Shown here: positions 10,926-21,086 of the stretch, piece by piece | How positions within the stretch are numbered: the stretch's first letter is position 1 | Layout of the letters: the number at the start of each line of letters is the position of its first letter | From: Pelagomonas calceolata | Lineage: Eukaryota | Direction of reading: 5' to 3' | Assembly (NCBI GenBank): GCA_918797485.1 | Contig: CAKKNE010000002.1 | Coordinates: 2,542,001-2,606,000, forward strand | DNA length: 64,000 bases | The notes under the pieces: model-generated | The model's input: the letters and a program-made list of their open reading frames with translations, nothing else | What the model was told of the DNA's origin: nothing | Databases searched by the model: none | Translations under genes and position numbers: made by a program

Positions 10926-11249
10926 TTACCCGGCGGCCTTCGACGAGGACAGCTTCGAGCTCGACAGTTTCCCGCCGGACCGTTTGGACGACGAGACGTT
11001 GGCCTTCTTGGTCTCCGAGATCTTCGAGGACATCTTGTCCATGTACTCCTGCGTCATGCTCGCGATCTTCGACGTGTACCTCTTAATAGACCAGCGGAGG
11101 ACGGGGTAGAGGAAGAGCGCCGCGTAGAAGAGGTAGATGAGCATCTGGGCCTCGGCCTTCACCAAATTCTCGACGTCTATTTCCACTTCTTTGGCTGCCT
11201 TGACGGTGGGGAGGAGGCATGCTGCGACGAGGGCTTGGTGCGGGGCCAT
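10926..11249 (-). CDS. Small putative membrane protein or first exon
   Basis: Signal-like N-terminus plus hydrophobic MLIYLFYAALFLYPVL. The frame ends at G|GTAAGC, a good splice donor, so it may continue downstream. Confidence 0.4.
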   Translation of the reverse strand: MAPHQALVAACLLPTVKAAKEVEIDVENLVKAEAQMLIYLFYAALFLYPVLRWSIKRYTSKIASMTQEYMDKMSSKISETKKANVSSSKRSGGKLSSSKLSSSKAAG

Positions 11250-11437
11250 GGTGCCGCCTCTCTGCTTATGTCCGGCCCGGGTGCTGAGCCCGGGGCAGCC
11301 CTACGGCCGCGACGTCGCGTTACGCTGGAGCCACTCCACTACGGCCGACTAGTGGGATTTGACAAAGTTGACTTTTTGTTTGGTTGACTTTATTAGATGT
11401 AGAGACTGGTCGTTTGCTGGTATCAGTTAACTGGACG

Positions 11438-13088
11438 ATGGCCGCAAATACGCTGCCCCCGGGCAGGCTGAAGTACCTGGAGGGCCTCGCGCCGGACCAG
11501 GCCACCTTCCAGAAGTACGTCGAGGATGAGGCGCGCTCGCGCGGCTGGGTAAAGCCCACCGAGCTGCTGCCCCGCGCCGCGCGGTCGCGCCGCGCGCCGC
11601 CGCCGTCCCCGGACCCCGCCCCCAAGAAACAGGGGCTGAAGAGGCGCCGCGAGACGTGGGAAAAGCTGCCCTCGTCGTCCCAGAAGCGCTCGCGGCGCGG
11701 CGGCTGGCGCGGCGCGCCGCTGGTCCTTCAGACCATAACAAACCGCGCCCCGCAGTCCCTGGACAGCGTCGTCGTCGCCTGCGACGACGAGCGCGTCGAG
11801 GGCACCGCCATTGCCGTCGTCGGCGACACTGTGCAGGTCCAGCCGTTCGCGCAGGGCTCGGAACCGCTCGTCGTGAAGAAGGAGGAGACCGCCGTCACGG
11901 TGGCGCGCGCTCCCGAGGCGCTCGAGGACGTCCTCGCCGCGCGACGGACGCCGTTCTTCGCCCCGAAGGTCGGACCCATCTTCTCGGGCGACTCGCTGTT
12001 GCTCAAGGACGGCAGCATGGTCGTCTTCCTGCAGCCCTCGTCGTCCTCAAGGATCGAGGTCTTGGAGCTCTACAAGATCGACGCGTTGCCCAAACACATC
12101 AACAGGTCGACTGCGTCCACCTGCGATGTCGTCCTCTCGTCGACTTCTAGAGAGGTCTCGGTGACCTCCGTCGTGGGGCCTGTGTGGGTCGTGTCGCAGG
12201 ACAAGGCCAGAAGTGGTGCCTACGACGGCCTCGCGCGAGTCTACACCCTCGACCAGTGGTTTGATGGTACGTCGCCGGCGCTGCGACCGCTTCCAGAGCG
12301 CTGCGTCGCGTCGCTGATCGACGACAGGCCGTCGACGATGAGCGGCTTGTGGGACTTGTTAAACGTGCGCGTCGCCGTTGCTGATGCCGTCGGCGAGCTC
12401 CTCCGCGGGAAAAAAAAGAAGCGGCGGCCGTTACGACGTGTTTCGAAGTTGCGCTGGGCCTACCCTCGCGGCGTCGGGCATGTGGATCGAGAAGTTCACG
12501 GCGAAGCGCGTCGTGGCGCGCGGGCGGCCAGGCGGCGCCGACGTGACGCGCCTCCAGTTCTACCGTTTCGAGCGGTTCTCGCTTAGCGGCGATGACGTGG
12601 TGCGCCTGGAGAGCGAGTTCCGGATCTTGGCGCGGCGGCGACGCGGTCTACACGAGTAGCGCCCCTAAAAGGCGGCTTCAAGGAGACGAGGGTGCCGACG
12701 ACGCTGGACGAGTTCAACAAGCTCGTGCGGGTGACGTGCACTTACAACGTCGACACCGGCGAATTGAAGCTCAACGCCCGCTTCGAGGTCAAGTCGCCCG
12801 CCGAGGCCGGTGCCACGAACGTTTAATCTGACGGCGCCGTCGCCGTTGCCACCGCCGGAGACGGCCGTCGAGCCCGTCGCGCCCGTCGAAGACACGCTGT
12901 CCGCGACGGTCGTCGCGGAGTTGCAGATGAAACAGTTCGAGCTCGACGGCGTCGTTTACACTATCACGGCGGCGACGGCGGCGTCGTGCGAGTTTAGGGA
13001 GGCCTACCCGGTCGCCGGCGCGGACGTGCCGACGCTCACGCGTCCAACGTCTGAAGTCCATGCACTCGTCGCAGCCTACGAAGAGTAA
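11438..13088 (+). pseudogene. Element ORF2, ~550 codons, unknown function, frameshifted; convergent with the transposase
   Basis: ATG 11438 (MAANTLPPGRL...), blocks continue across frames to ...ALVAAYEE* at 13088; present in both copies. Confidence 0.7.
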
Positions 13089-13096
13089 GTCACAAT

Positions 13097-16000
13097 TTAC
13101 CAGTCTATCACGCGCTTCTGCTTCCAGCCGATGACCTTGAGCTCGCCGGGCTTGACCAGGCCTGTGAGCCACATCATCCGCCGCTGCATCCACTTGCCCA
13201 GCGCGGCGACGCGCGTCGCCCGCGTCGCCTCGTGGCCGCAGTGGCCGCCGCGCTGCGTCCGCGTGAGGAAGAAGCGCTTGATCAAGTGGTTCACGCTCTC
13301 GAAGCCCTGGTTCGAGTAGCGGTACAAGTTCCGGTACTTTCGCAAATAAGCAGTAATGTGGCCCGAGCCGATCATGTGGAAGTAGTTCGTGAGGGCCTTC
13401 GCCGTGAAAGCCGTCAGTAGCCGATGGTAGGTCTCCTGGGCGAGGTCGTCGGCTTTGGCAATCTCGACGTCCGTGAGATCTTCTCGTTTTCGATATAGCA
13501 CCATCAATTCCTCGTAGCCGCGGACGAGGTCGAGGACGACCCGCCGCTTGGCGTCGTCCGGGAAGCACGCCCCGATGAGCCGTGCCGACGTTAGCAAAGA
13601 TCTTCCGGGCGCGGCCGCAATTCAACGAGATCTTCTCGACGGAATCTTCGTCCTTGGAGAGCGGCGCCGTCCACTTGCCCTCGCGGCCGTTCGGGCAGCC
13701 AAGCCTTCGTTCTAATCACCCTCCAGCGGCCGCAGCTTCGCCAGGGCCACGCTCTTCTCGTAGATCAAATAAATTGTTGAGGATGAGCCGCAGCTGCTCG
13801 CGCGTCCGGTTTTCTAAATGCAAGACGCACGGGACCATATGCTCGACCAGGGAGATGAGCGCATCAGAATTTGGCGTGGCGTGTTCTAATTGCGCTTGAA
13901 GTTCGTAATATTGGTCAACCAAGCCAGGCGCTGCGTCAGCTGCTCGACGCGCGAACCGAGGTTGCCCGTCACCGCCAGGCCGAAATCAACAAGACAATCG
14001 TTCACGACCAGCGAAAATTGCGTTTTTGTGCTGGGGTCGCAGTTCGACAGTCGAACTTTGCGTAAAACCCGTTTTGGTTGGGGTTTTCCAATTCCAAGCA
14101 ATGCTGACCGCAATAAGCAGCGAAGCGCGCGTGCAAGTGGGCCGAGGTGCCGCCCGCATCGAGCCCAGCCTCCGCGGCGAGCTCGCGCAGCTGCGCCGCA
14201 CTTAAAGTCTTGGCCTCGCGCATGTAGCGGTAGGCTGGGGGCAGCTCCCCTCTGAGCTCCGTGAGCGCAGCGGCAGCCGTAGCGCGCCACTCGTCTACGG
14301 CAGCCGGCGTCGACATCTCCGCGTGGTAGCACACTAACCGACCCGCTGCTCTGCAGACGTCGCAAAGGTCGTCAACTACCTTGGGCGTCGTCATCTGCCT
14401 GTTGGTCTGCGCGCAACAATAACACGGCCGCGCGTTCTCCGACGTCCCAGTCGCGAAGCCCTTCTTCGACACCGTCTGGAGGTTGGCCATGTCGCCCGAG
14501 CAGACGTAATCAACGTGAACGGCGCGGCCCTCTGCCTCTGACTGGTAGACACCATCGGTTTGCGCCGTCGCCGCTGTACTGAAGTGATCCGTCACGTCGT
14601 CTAAAGCTTCGTACAGGGCATGGCTCTCGTGGCCAACGGCTAACGTAGTAATATGAACCCGATCAGGCGACTGGAAGTCGGTGATAGGCTTGCCAGTGAT
14701 CGGGTCGACCGCGCGGCTGTCGTTGACGTGGATCCCTTGCATCGTAAAGTCGTCGCTTTTCGTGATGTTGCTGCCGTCTTGCGTGCCTCTGATCCTCCGC
14801 GGATCCGCGGGACTGCGTCCAGTCTCAAGGAGCCCATACTGCTTTCCGATGACGTCGAGGACCGCGCCCGTCGCAATGCCGACCGCCTCGTAAGTGCCGT
14901 CGCCCGCGGACGTTTCCGTAACCGAAACCTTGTGGCCATCAGCAACTCTCTCGACCAGCTTGGCTGTTTCCTGGAGCGCACTGTGGGGAATAACAGCATC
15001 ACGTGCTTGCCCAACGTCTCCCCTGAGCGCAACGAGCCGCCCGCTCTCTGGCCCGCATGGCGCTCGCAGCGTAGTTCCCCGTCATCTCCACGTCCCGGTC
15101 TTCAGTAGTTCGGCTGGAGAGAAAATCTCCTGGAGGCGCCGGTACTCCGCGCACGCAAAGTGAGCTCGCACGAGGCCAATCTCCCCCCGCCCGCGAGAGT
15201 GTTGACACCACGCGTAGTCGGCTAGGAGACGCAGACACTTCTGTTGCTTTCTTTTGAGCGTACCACCACAAATTCTACTGAGAAAGTCGCCGACGGCGTG
15301 GACCACGGGCCACAACGACTCGCCTTCGAAGTCCGAATCCGGCGGCGGCTCCTCCGGTAAATACGCAACACGAGAACCCAGCCAGGCGCCTCGAAGCCGT
15401 CGAAGGCCATAAAGCTCGAGGTTGAGCTGGCTTTGTTGTTTTTTCAAATCGGCGACTTCAGTTTTTCTGCGCGTCGAGTTGCCGCTGCAACTCGCGCGTG
15501 TTTGTCCGGAACCCCTCCTCCAATCGCCGCCGCTCCTCGTCTAGCCCGCCGCCCGCGCGTCGCTCACAGTCTATTTTCCCGCGTTCTTTCTCTTGTGAAA
15601 ATTTGGCTCTAAGGCGATCAACGTCGCGCCGTCGTGCCGCTCTCTCCGCGGAGAGCGCGTTCGCCTCGCGGTCCAGAGAGAAGCCGTCTTGCCGAGTCGG
15701 TGGCGCTCCTCGCGCCACTGCGTCCTGTCTGTCGCGTAGCTCGCGCGTGGGCGCGACGGCCGCGGCGCGCGCGGCTTCCGCGCGGTCGCACGCCGCGAGC
15801 GCGTCTTCGGCGCGCTGCTCTAGGGCCATTAAATCTCGTCGTGTCACGGGCCGTGGTACTGGCGCGACTTCGTCGAGGTCGACCACGTCTTCGTCCGGCA
15901 CGAGCAGCTCAGCATCATCAACCGGATCCACGCGCGTGACCTTCTCGCCGGGCGTCGTGTACATCCTAGGCCGCGGGACGTCGGGCGCTTCTCGCCGGAC

Positions 16001-16388
16001 CGCGCCGTCGTCTTCGGCGGCTTGCGCGGCGCTCGGGCGGCTGCTTCCTCTTGCACTGGAACTTCTCCTCTGGTCGCGGGAACGGCGGCTCGACGCCATC
16101 GGGGTACTCCTCGAGCGCGCGCGCGCGGTTCTGCACGGCTGGCAAGAAGTAGATGCACCGCGGCTCCTTATCAATTTCGTACGACTTCCGCCAGTACCGA
16201 CCCTCGGCATCAAAGGTCACCCTTGTCCTCGCGGTGGGACCGAGCGCCGCGTTGAGCGCGGCGCGCGTCGCCACGCCGTCCATCTCCATGAGGAGCTCGT
16301 CGTCGCTGAGGAAGACGTCCCCCTCCGGCATTGGCAGGGCGTCGAAGATGTGCTGATCGTCCGCCGCGGGCTTCCACACCCGCGGCAT
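13097..16388 (-). pseudogene. DDE transposase, ~1,090 codons, several frameshifts; RAG1/Transib/Chapaev-like core
   Basis: Ordered motifs: IRGTQDGSN (D 14776-78), VCSGDMANL (D 14491-93), CYCC (14413-24), PCVLHLENR (H 13818-20), LTNYFHMIGSGH (H 13376-78, H 13358-60), SNQGFESVNHLIKRF (E 13298-300). Confidence 0.82.
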
Positions 16389-16843
16389 CGTGGCAGCACC
16401 AACGTTCTCGGGCTGTGAACAAGTTATTAAAACTTGATTAGAGTATGCTGCGCAGCAGCTGCGTGTGGGCTGCCTCCCCCAATCAAGTTTTAATGCGATG
16501 CAGCTGGACCGAGATCGCAGCGCTTTTAGCAGCGCCGCTGGGCGCTCAGCTACCCCCTGGTTTTCCTACAAGTTACTGCAATACATAATGTAACTAGGGG
16601 GGCTTGGTATCCTACCAGTAGGCCGTAGTGCTGCGGCTCCGCAGCAGAGCTACCCGCACGCTGCGACGTTGGACCGCAGGCGCCTTCGCACACGCTAGAC
16701 GCCTGCGGTGATATCTCGGACCAAGCCTGGGGCCCGCCGTCGACCTATAGCTTCGTCTGTTGGTTTGCCCGGCGGAGCAGGACAAAACGGGCAGCCCATA
16801 CGCGCCGCTCCCGCGGTTTGCTGGGGCACAAACGACTCGCATC

Positions 16844-17761
16844 ATGACGCCGGAGGAGCACTGGACGGAGCACGCGCCGCGGCCGCGCCGGCCACGCCTC
16901 GGCCCCATCCTGCACCGCGTGGCCGCGGAGCTGCCGCACATCAGCGAGGCCAAGGGCATGCGCATGGAGGGCGGCACACGCCTGGCCTTCCTGTCCTTCT
17001 ACGGCGTCCAGAACGCGAGGACGTTGGTGGTTCACGCCGCCGAGCCCACGTCGAAGAGCGTGTCGCTGCTCGCGCTCGACGAGGCGTTTCTGCGGGCGGC
17101 CGTCGCGGCCGCGGGGTGGACGCGCGGACCTGTGCAGCACGACCAGGTGGACGCCGCGGGACCGCTCGCGCGCTGGCTCGGCCCGCGCGGGTCGTCGGTC
17201 GCCTGCAAGCGGCGGCTCTCGCGGTCGCAATGGGCCGAGACACTCGGCTGGCTCGTGTCCAAATTGCGGCTCGTGGGCGACAAAGATTCGTTGACTGTAT
17301 GTGTCGAACCGGTCCAGGCCGTGCCGCCGACGCCAATCGTGGAAGCGGAGCCGGAGATGGTGGAGGACGAGGACGACGGCGACCTCGCGGATTTGGGGCT
17401 GGACGCATTCGCGGAGGCGTATTATGGGCGATTGCGGGAGGCCGCGGGCGCGCCGGGGTCGCCGTCGGTCGCTTCCGTCGTGCCCGTGTCGCTCCCGCCC
17501 TCGCCGGCCGAGGAGGAGTCGTACCCCCTGTCGCCGCCCGAGGTCATCTCCGATGTTTATGGAGGCGCGCGCGAGGCCGCGCTCAACGCGATCGATTTCG
17601 AGGAGGTGCGGCTGCGGACGCGGCGGCCGCTGCCCAACCCGCGGCCGCACGCGCAGCATCTGGTGCTCGGCGCGCGCATCGACAACATCGAGCGATTGAT
17701 CAATGAGAAGCTTGACCAGGCCGATGAACTATCGGTCGGCGGCGTCGGGCTGGCTTGCTAA
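16844..17761 (+). CDS. Hypothetical protein
   Basis: ~305-codon ORF with host-like codon usage and an acidic central tract; no family recognised. Confidence 0.55.
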   Translation: MTPEEHWTEHAPRPRRPRLGPILHRVAAELPHISEAKGMRMEGGTRLAFLSFYGVQNARTLVVHAAEPTSKSVSLLALDEAFLRAAVAAAGWTRGPVQHDQVDAAGPLARWLGPRGSSVACKRRLSRSQWAETLGWLVSKLRLVGDKDSLTVCVEPVQAVPPTPIVEAEPEMVEDEDDGDLADLGLDAFAEAYYGRLREAAGAPGSPSVASVVPVSLPPSPAEEESYPLSPPEVISDVYGGAREAALNAIDFEEVRLRTRRPLPNPRPHAQHLVLGARIDNIERLINEKLDQADELSVGGVGLAC

Positions 17762-17856
17762 GAAAATTAGTACACACTACATCATCGCCGTCGTCCACGG
17801 GGCACGACGCCTCGAGGCCCCGGCCCGGCCGTCGCTTTCCTGGAACCGCGCTTTCT

Positions 17857-18777
17857 TTACAAAACCGGGAAGCGGCACTCGTGGTCGATCGCACAGACGC
17901 CGACCGAGGGCACTTTGCAGCAGGCCCAGTCCTTCCGCAGCCTCCGGTAGAAGTAGGGCGACGCCGCCTTGAGCCACTCGTAGCGCACGGACTTGTAGTT
18001 CGACTTGCAGTTGAACTCGGGCGGCAGCGCCATGATCCTCGCGTCAGAACGGAGTGCTGCTTCGTTGAAGAGCCGCTGGTCCGTCGTCGGCGCCTTTTGG
18101 GCTTCGTACGTCCGCAGCCAGTCTAGAAACACTTTCCGCGTGCGGTGGTGGCCGTTGAAGGCGATGACGCCGGCGTTGAGCCAGTGGAGCGCATGCGCGT
18201 AGCCGCGCCGCATGGACGAGTGCGTGGCCATGACGTCGTACCGTTCTAATGCGGGAGATAATTCCGCGTGCAGCCACTGGAACGAGGCACAGGGGAACGC
18301 GTCCGCATCAATATACAAGGACTTGTCGTACGGCGTCGCGGTGAAGGCCCACAATTTTGCAGCTCTAAACCCGAACGTCGTCGACGCGTTCGCGACGGCG
18401 CAGCGCAAGCCCGCGAGTCGGTCTTTGTAATTGCGCCGGTGCTGGCGTCTCAGCGAAGCGCAGGCCTTGGCGCCCGCGGCATCGGAGAAGAGCGTCGCAT
18501 TGAAGCCGTCCCCTAGCGCGACAGCACTTCGAAAAGCCCGCTCGACGAAGGGCCCGTTCGCCGCGTAGATGATCCCAAAAGAGCCGCCTCGGTCGGGATA
18601 CGTCGGCTCGTAGGTCTGGTCGGGCGTCTTCGGGTGCGCCGCGTGTGCGGCGCTGTCCGTTAATGAGGCGTCAAAGTTCAGCAGCAGGAGAATTACTGTG
18701 ATTGCGACGAGGGCGGCGCCGGCCAGGCGTCGACGCTTGTCGGTCGATGTGTTCGCCTTGCTGCGCGGCGCCGCCAT
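17857..18777 (-). CDS. Type II membrane GT-A glycosyltransferase (nucleotide-diphospho-sugar transferase-like)
   Basis: N-terminal TM anchor, KLWAFTATPYDKSLYIDADAFPC (DxD), NAGVIAF, DQRLF, LPPEFNCK. Confidence 0.75.
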   Translation of the reverse strand: MAAPRSKANTSTDKRRRLAGAALVAITVILLLLNFDASLTDSAAHAAHPKTPDQTYEPTYPDRGGSFGIIYAANGPFVERAFRSAVALGDGFNATLFSDAAGAKACASLRRQHRRNYKDRLAGLRCAVANASTTFGFRAAKLWAFTATPYDKSLYIDADAFPCASFQWLHAELSPALERYDVMATHSSMRRGYAHALHWLNAGVIAFNGHHRTRKVFLDWLRTYEAQKAPTTDQRLFNEAALRSDARIMALPPEFNCKSNYKSVRYEWLKAASPYFYRRLRKDWACCKVPSVGVCAIDHECRFPVL

Positions 18778-19076
18778 GGGGGCGGCGGCACCTAGTTGCT
18801 TGTTGCTATTTGCGCGGCGCGTGTTGAATGGCACGCGGCTGGCGTGCGTCGAGGACTCGCGTGCGTCGAGAAATATACTGTTCACGTGTGACTGCGAGCG
18901 CTTTCGCCGCGGCGGCCGCACAGCTAGCTAGCGGCATGTAAGACACTAGCCGGGGTCATTTGTCGCGCAAAGAGCATGGCGCGAATGCTGGCGCTCTTGA
19001 GATTGATCCTGGTCGTCTGGCAGACACGCATCTCTCCCCGGCGGGAAAATATAAGTTCACAGTAGTAGTTAAGACT

Positions 19077-20672
19077 TCAGCGAGACGACGACGACGACGT
19101 ACGATACCGCAGCCCGCCCGCGCGGTTCGCGGGCAGGAGCTCGCGGGCGGCCCCGCCCGCGGACACGGCGAACCGCAACACGAAGAAGCCGCACAAACAC
19201 GCCCAGGCGCTCGTCACGAGCGGCCTCGCCGAGAGCAGCGCCACGGTCGCGAAGGACGCGACGAGCGCGTTGACGAGCGTCGCGCCCGCGAGGTAGCGGT
19301 AGCGGCCCGCGCCGAGCAGCACGGCCTCGCAGAGCGCGTTCGGCCAGACGAGTGGGACTGATAGCGCCGCCCAGCGGAAGATAGTTTTCGTGGACTTGGC
19401 GGCTGCCGTATCCGTGGGAAAGAACGCATATGATATGGGCCCCGCGGCGGCCGCTAAAGCCGCGGCCGTAATCAGTCCGATCGTGACCGTCGCTTTACCA
19501 AGCCGCTTCACGACTCTTGCGGCGCGCGCCTGTGTGGAATCAATGAGTCGCGTGCCACGTCGCGTCGATGGTGTGAAGGTGAGAAATTTGATGTCAGCAC
19601 GGGCGCGCGCTCGCCGGCCCGTCGCCAGGTAGCCCGCCGAGATGACCTGGCCCGCGACGGCCGGCGCCTCGGCGGCCAGGACGAACAACAACCACACCTT
19701 CAATACGACGCCGTGGGCGGCGATGGCGCGCGCGCCCAACCGTCGAGACACCTGGGACGCGACGAAGACCCAGGTGCCCAGCTGGCACGTCGACCGCAGC
19801 AGCAACGCCAGAGACGTCCCCAAAAGCTTGGTCTCTGTCTTCGCGGCCGGCACATCAATCGTCGACGGTGCTCGATTGCCGCGCTTGCCGTTGAGCTCTA
19901 TTAACAACAATGCGCAAGCACAAGCCTGCGAGATCGCCGTCGCCGCGGCGGCCCCGGCCACGTTCCAGCCGCATCTGAACATGAGGACGGGATCCAATAC
20001 CACATTCATCAACCCGGCGAGCAGCGCCGCCCGTAACGGCGGCTTCGTGTCCCCGAGGCCGCGGCACACTCCTTCCGCAGCGAACTGCGCCACCGCGCAC
20101 GGCAGCGCGAGCGCCCGGATCCGCGCGTACGTGAGCGCGTCGGCATGCAGGGGGCTTCCGCGCGGGCATCCCAATAAACCGACGGCGCCCGGCCCGCCGG
20201 GGCCCAGCAGTATTAACGTAAGTAACGCACCGACGCCAAAAGCGGTCAGCAGCGTCTTCGCGCCGTGGGCCTCGGCCTCCCGCCAGCGGCCCTGCGCCGT
20301 AAGCCGCGCGATCGTCGACGACGCCGCTTCTCGGAGCGCAAGTGACACCGCTATGACCAGTGTGAAGATTTCGGAACTTGCTGCGACGGCGCCCAGCGCC
20401 GTCGTCCCGAGCCGCGAGACCCAGGCCGTGTCCACGACCGACAGCAGCGGGTCGGCGAGCGTGCCGAGCAGCGCCGGGCCCGCGATCGCCTTGATCTTCG
20501 CGTCGTCGTCGTTCTTGTTCGCAGCTGTTGCTGCTGCAGCTATCGATGTGGCGGCGTCTGCTGCATCCGATGCGGCAGCGCTGCGGCGCGACGCAGGCGA
20601 CGGGCGAATGCCGACCAGCGCTGCTGTTTGCGGCAGCAACCATGCGGCAATAAAGAGGTGGGAGAGATGCAT
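19077..20672 (-). CDS. MATE/DinF-family transporter with signal peptide; 81-nt introner-type intron 19530-19610
   Basis: IAGPALLGTLADPLLSVVDTAWVSRLG, YARIRALALP, GVCRGLGDTKPPL, NVVLDPVLMF..GWNVAGAAAATAISQ. Confidence 0.85.
   Translation of the reverse strand: MHLSHLFIAAWLLPQTAALVGIRPSPASRRSAAASDAADAATSIAAAATAANKNDDDAKIKAIAGPALLGTLADPLLSVVDTAWVSRLGTTALGAVAASSEIFTLVIAVSLALREAASSTIARLTAQGRWREAEAHGAKTLLTAFGVGALLTLILLGPGGPGAVGLLGCPRGSPLHADALTYARIRALALPCAVAQFAAEGVCRGLGDTKPPLRAALLAGLMNVVLDPVLMFRCGWNVAGAAAATAISQACACALLLIELNGKRGNRAPSTIDVPAAKTETKLLGTSLALLLRSTCQLGTWVFVASQVSRRLGARAIAAHGVVLKVWLLFVLAAEAPAVAGQVISAGYLATGRRARARADIKFLTFTPSTRRGTRLIDSTQARAARVVKRLGKATVTIGLITAAALAAAAGPISYAFFPTDTAAAKSTKTIFRWAALSVPLVWPNALCEAVLLGAGRYRYLAGATLVNALVASFATVALLSARPLVTSAWACLCGFFVLRFAVSAGGAARELLPANRAGGLRYRTSSSSSR
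19530..19610 (-). mobile_element. Introner-like intron: element 19530-19602 with perfect 8-bp TSD GCGCGCGC
   Basis: TSD at 19522-19529 and 19603-19610. Ends (minus strand) CCGTGCTGACATCAA...TTGATTCCACACAG. GC donor at the TSD start, AG acceptor at the TIR end. Confidence 0.82.
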
Positions 20673-21086
20673 CACTACGCGTCGTGTTGCACACCTTCGC
20701 GTCGTGTTGTTGCACCCTGAGACAAAGCACTCTGTGTTGCCAGTGTTGGGCACTCGGCGCTCTCTTCAAGCGCTTTTCGCGGCACGACAGCGAACCGGTG
20801 CGAATAATGCACGCCTGAAACAATCAATCTATGCAACGCACGCCTGCTCGACGGCGCCACCAACCTGGGAGTGAGTGGCAGACTTGATTGATGCTGCGAG
20901 GAGCGTCGACCCACCGTGAGAACCGGTCGAGCGGTGCGCCAGATCGTTCTATGATCCCGCGAAGCGTAGGAATGACATGCCCACTAAGTGCGGGTTCCCC
21001 CTCATTAATTCTCGTTTGCTGGGCAGGGCGTGCTAAACATGCCTCAAACGCTGCCCATCGACGAAAACACGAACCCAAAACCAAAA

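Larger units (their letters stand above)
11337..16630 (-). mobile_element. Full-length 5,294-bp DNA transposon with imperfect 22-bp TIRs starting CACTACGGCC; Transib/RAG1/CMC(Chapaev-CACTA)-like
   Basis: Left end CACTACGGCCGACTAGTGGGAT (11337-11358); right end reverse complement CACTACGGCCTACTGGTAGGAT (16609-16630), 19/22 match. The second copy confirms the left boundary. No perfect TSD (CTC vs CTG). Confidence 0.88.

Noticed and set aside
11337..11380. RSS-like heptamer-spacer-nonamer (12/23) structure in the transposon ends
   Set aside because: Only the CAC-starting heptamer-like end is present; no ACAAAAACC-like nonamer at 12 or 23 bp on either end.
11438..13088. ORF2 as a RAG2-like protein
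   Set aside because: The convergent layout fits, but I see no GG-containing kelch repeats or PHD cysteines.
13097..16388. This transposase as the mobiliser of the introners
   Set aside because: Introner ends (C[A/T/C]GTG...CACAG, 8-bp TSD) do not resemble the CACTACGGCC termini.
11332..16635. Target-site duplication of the large element
   Set aside because: Flanks CACTC and CTGCG give no 5-, 4- or 2-bp match and only 2 of 3 for a 3-bp TSD (CTC/CTG), so no TSD is claimed.
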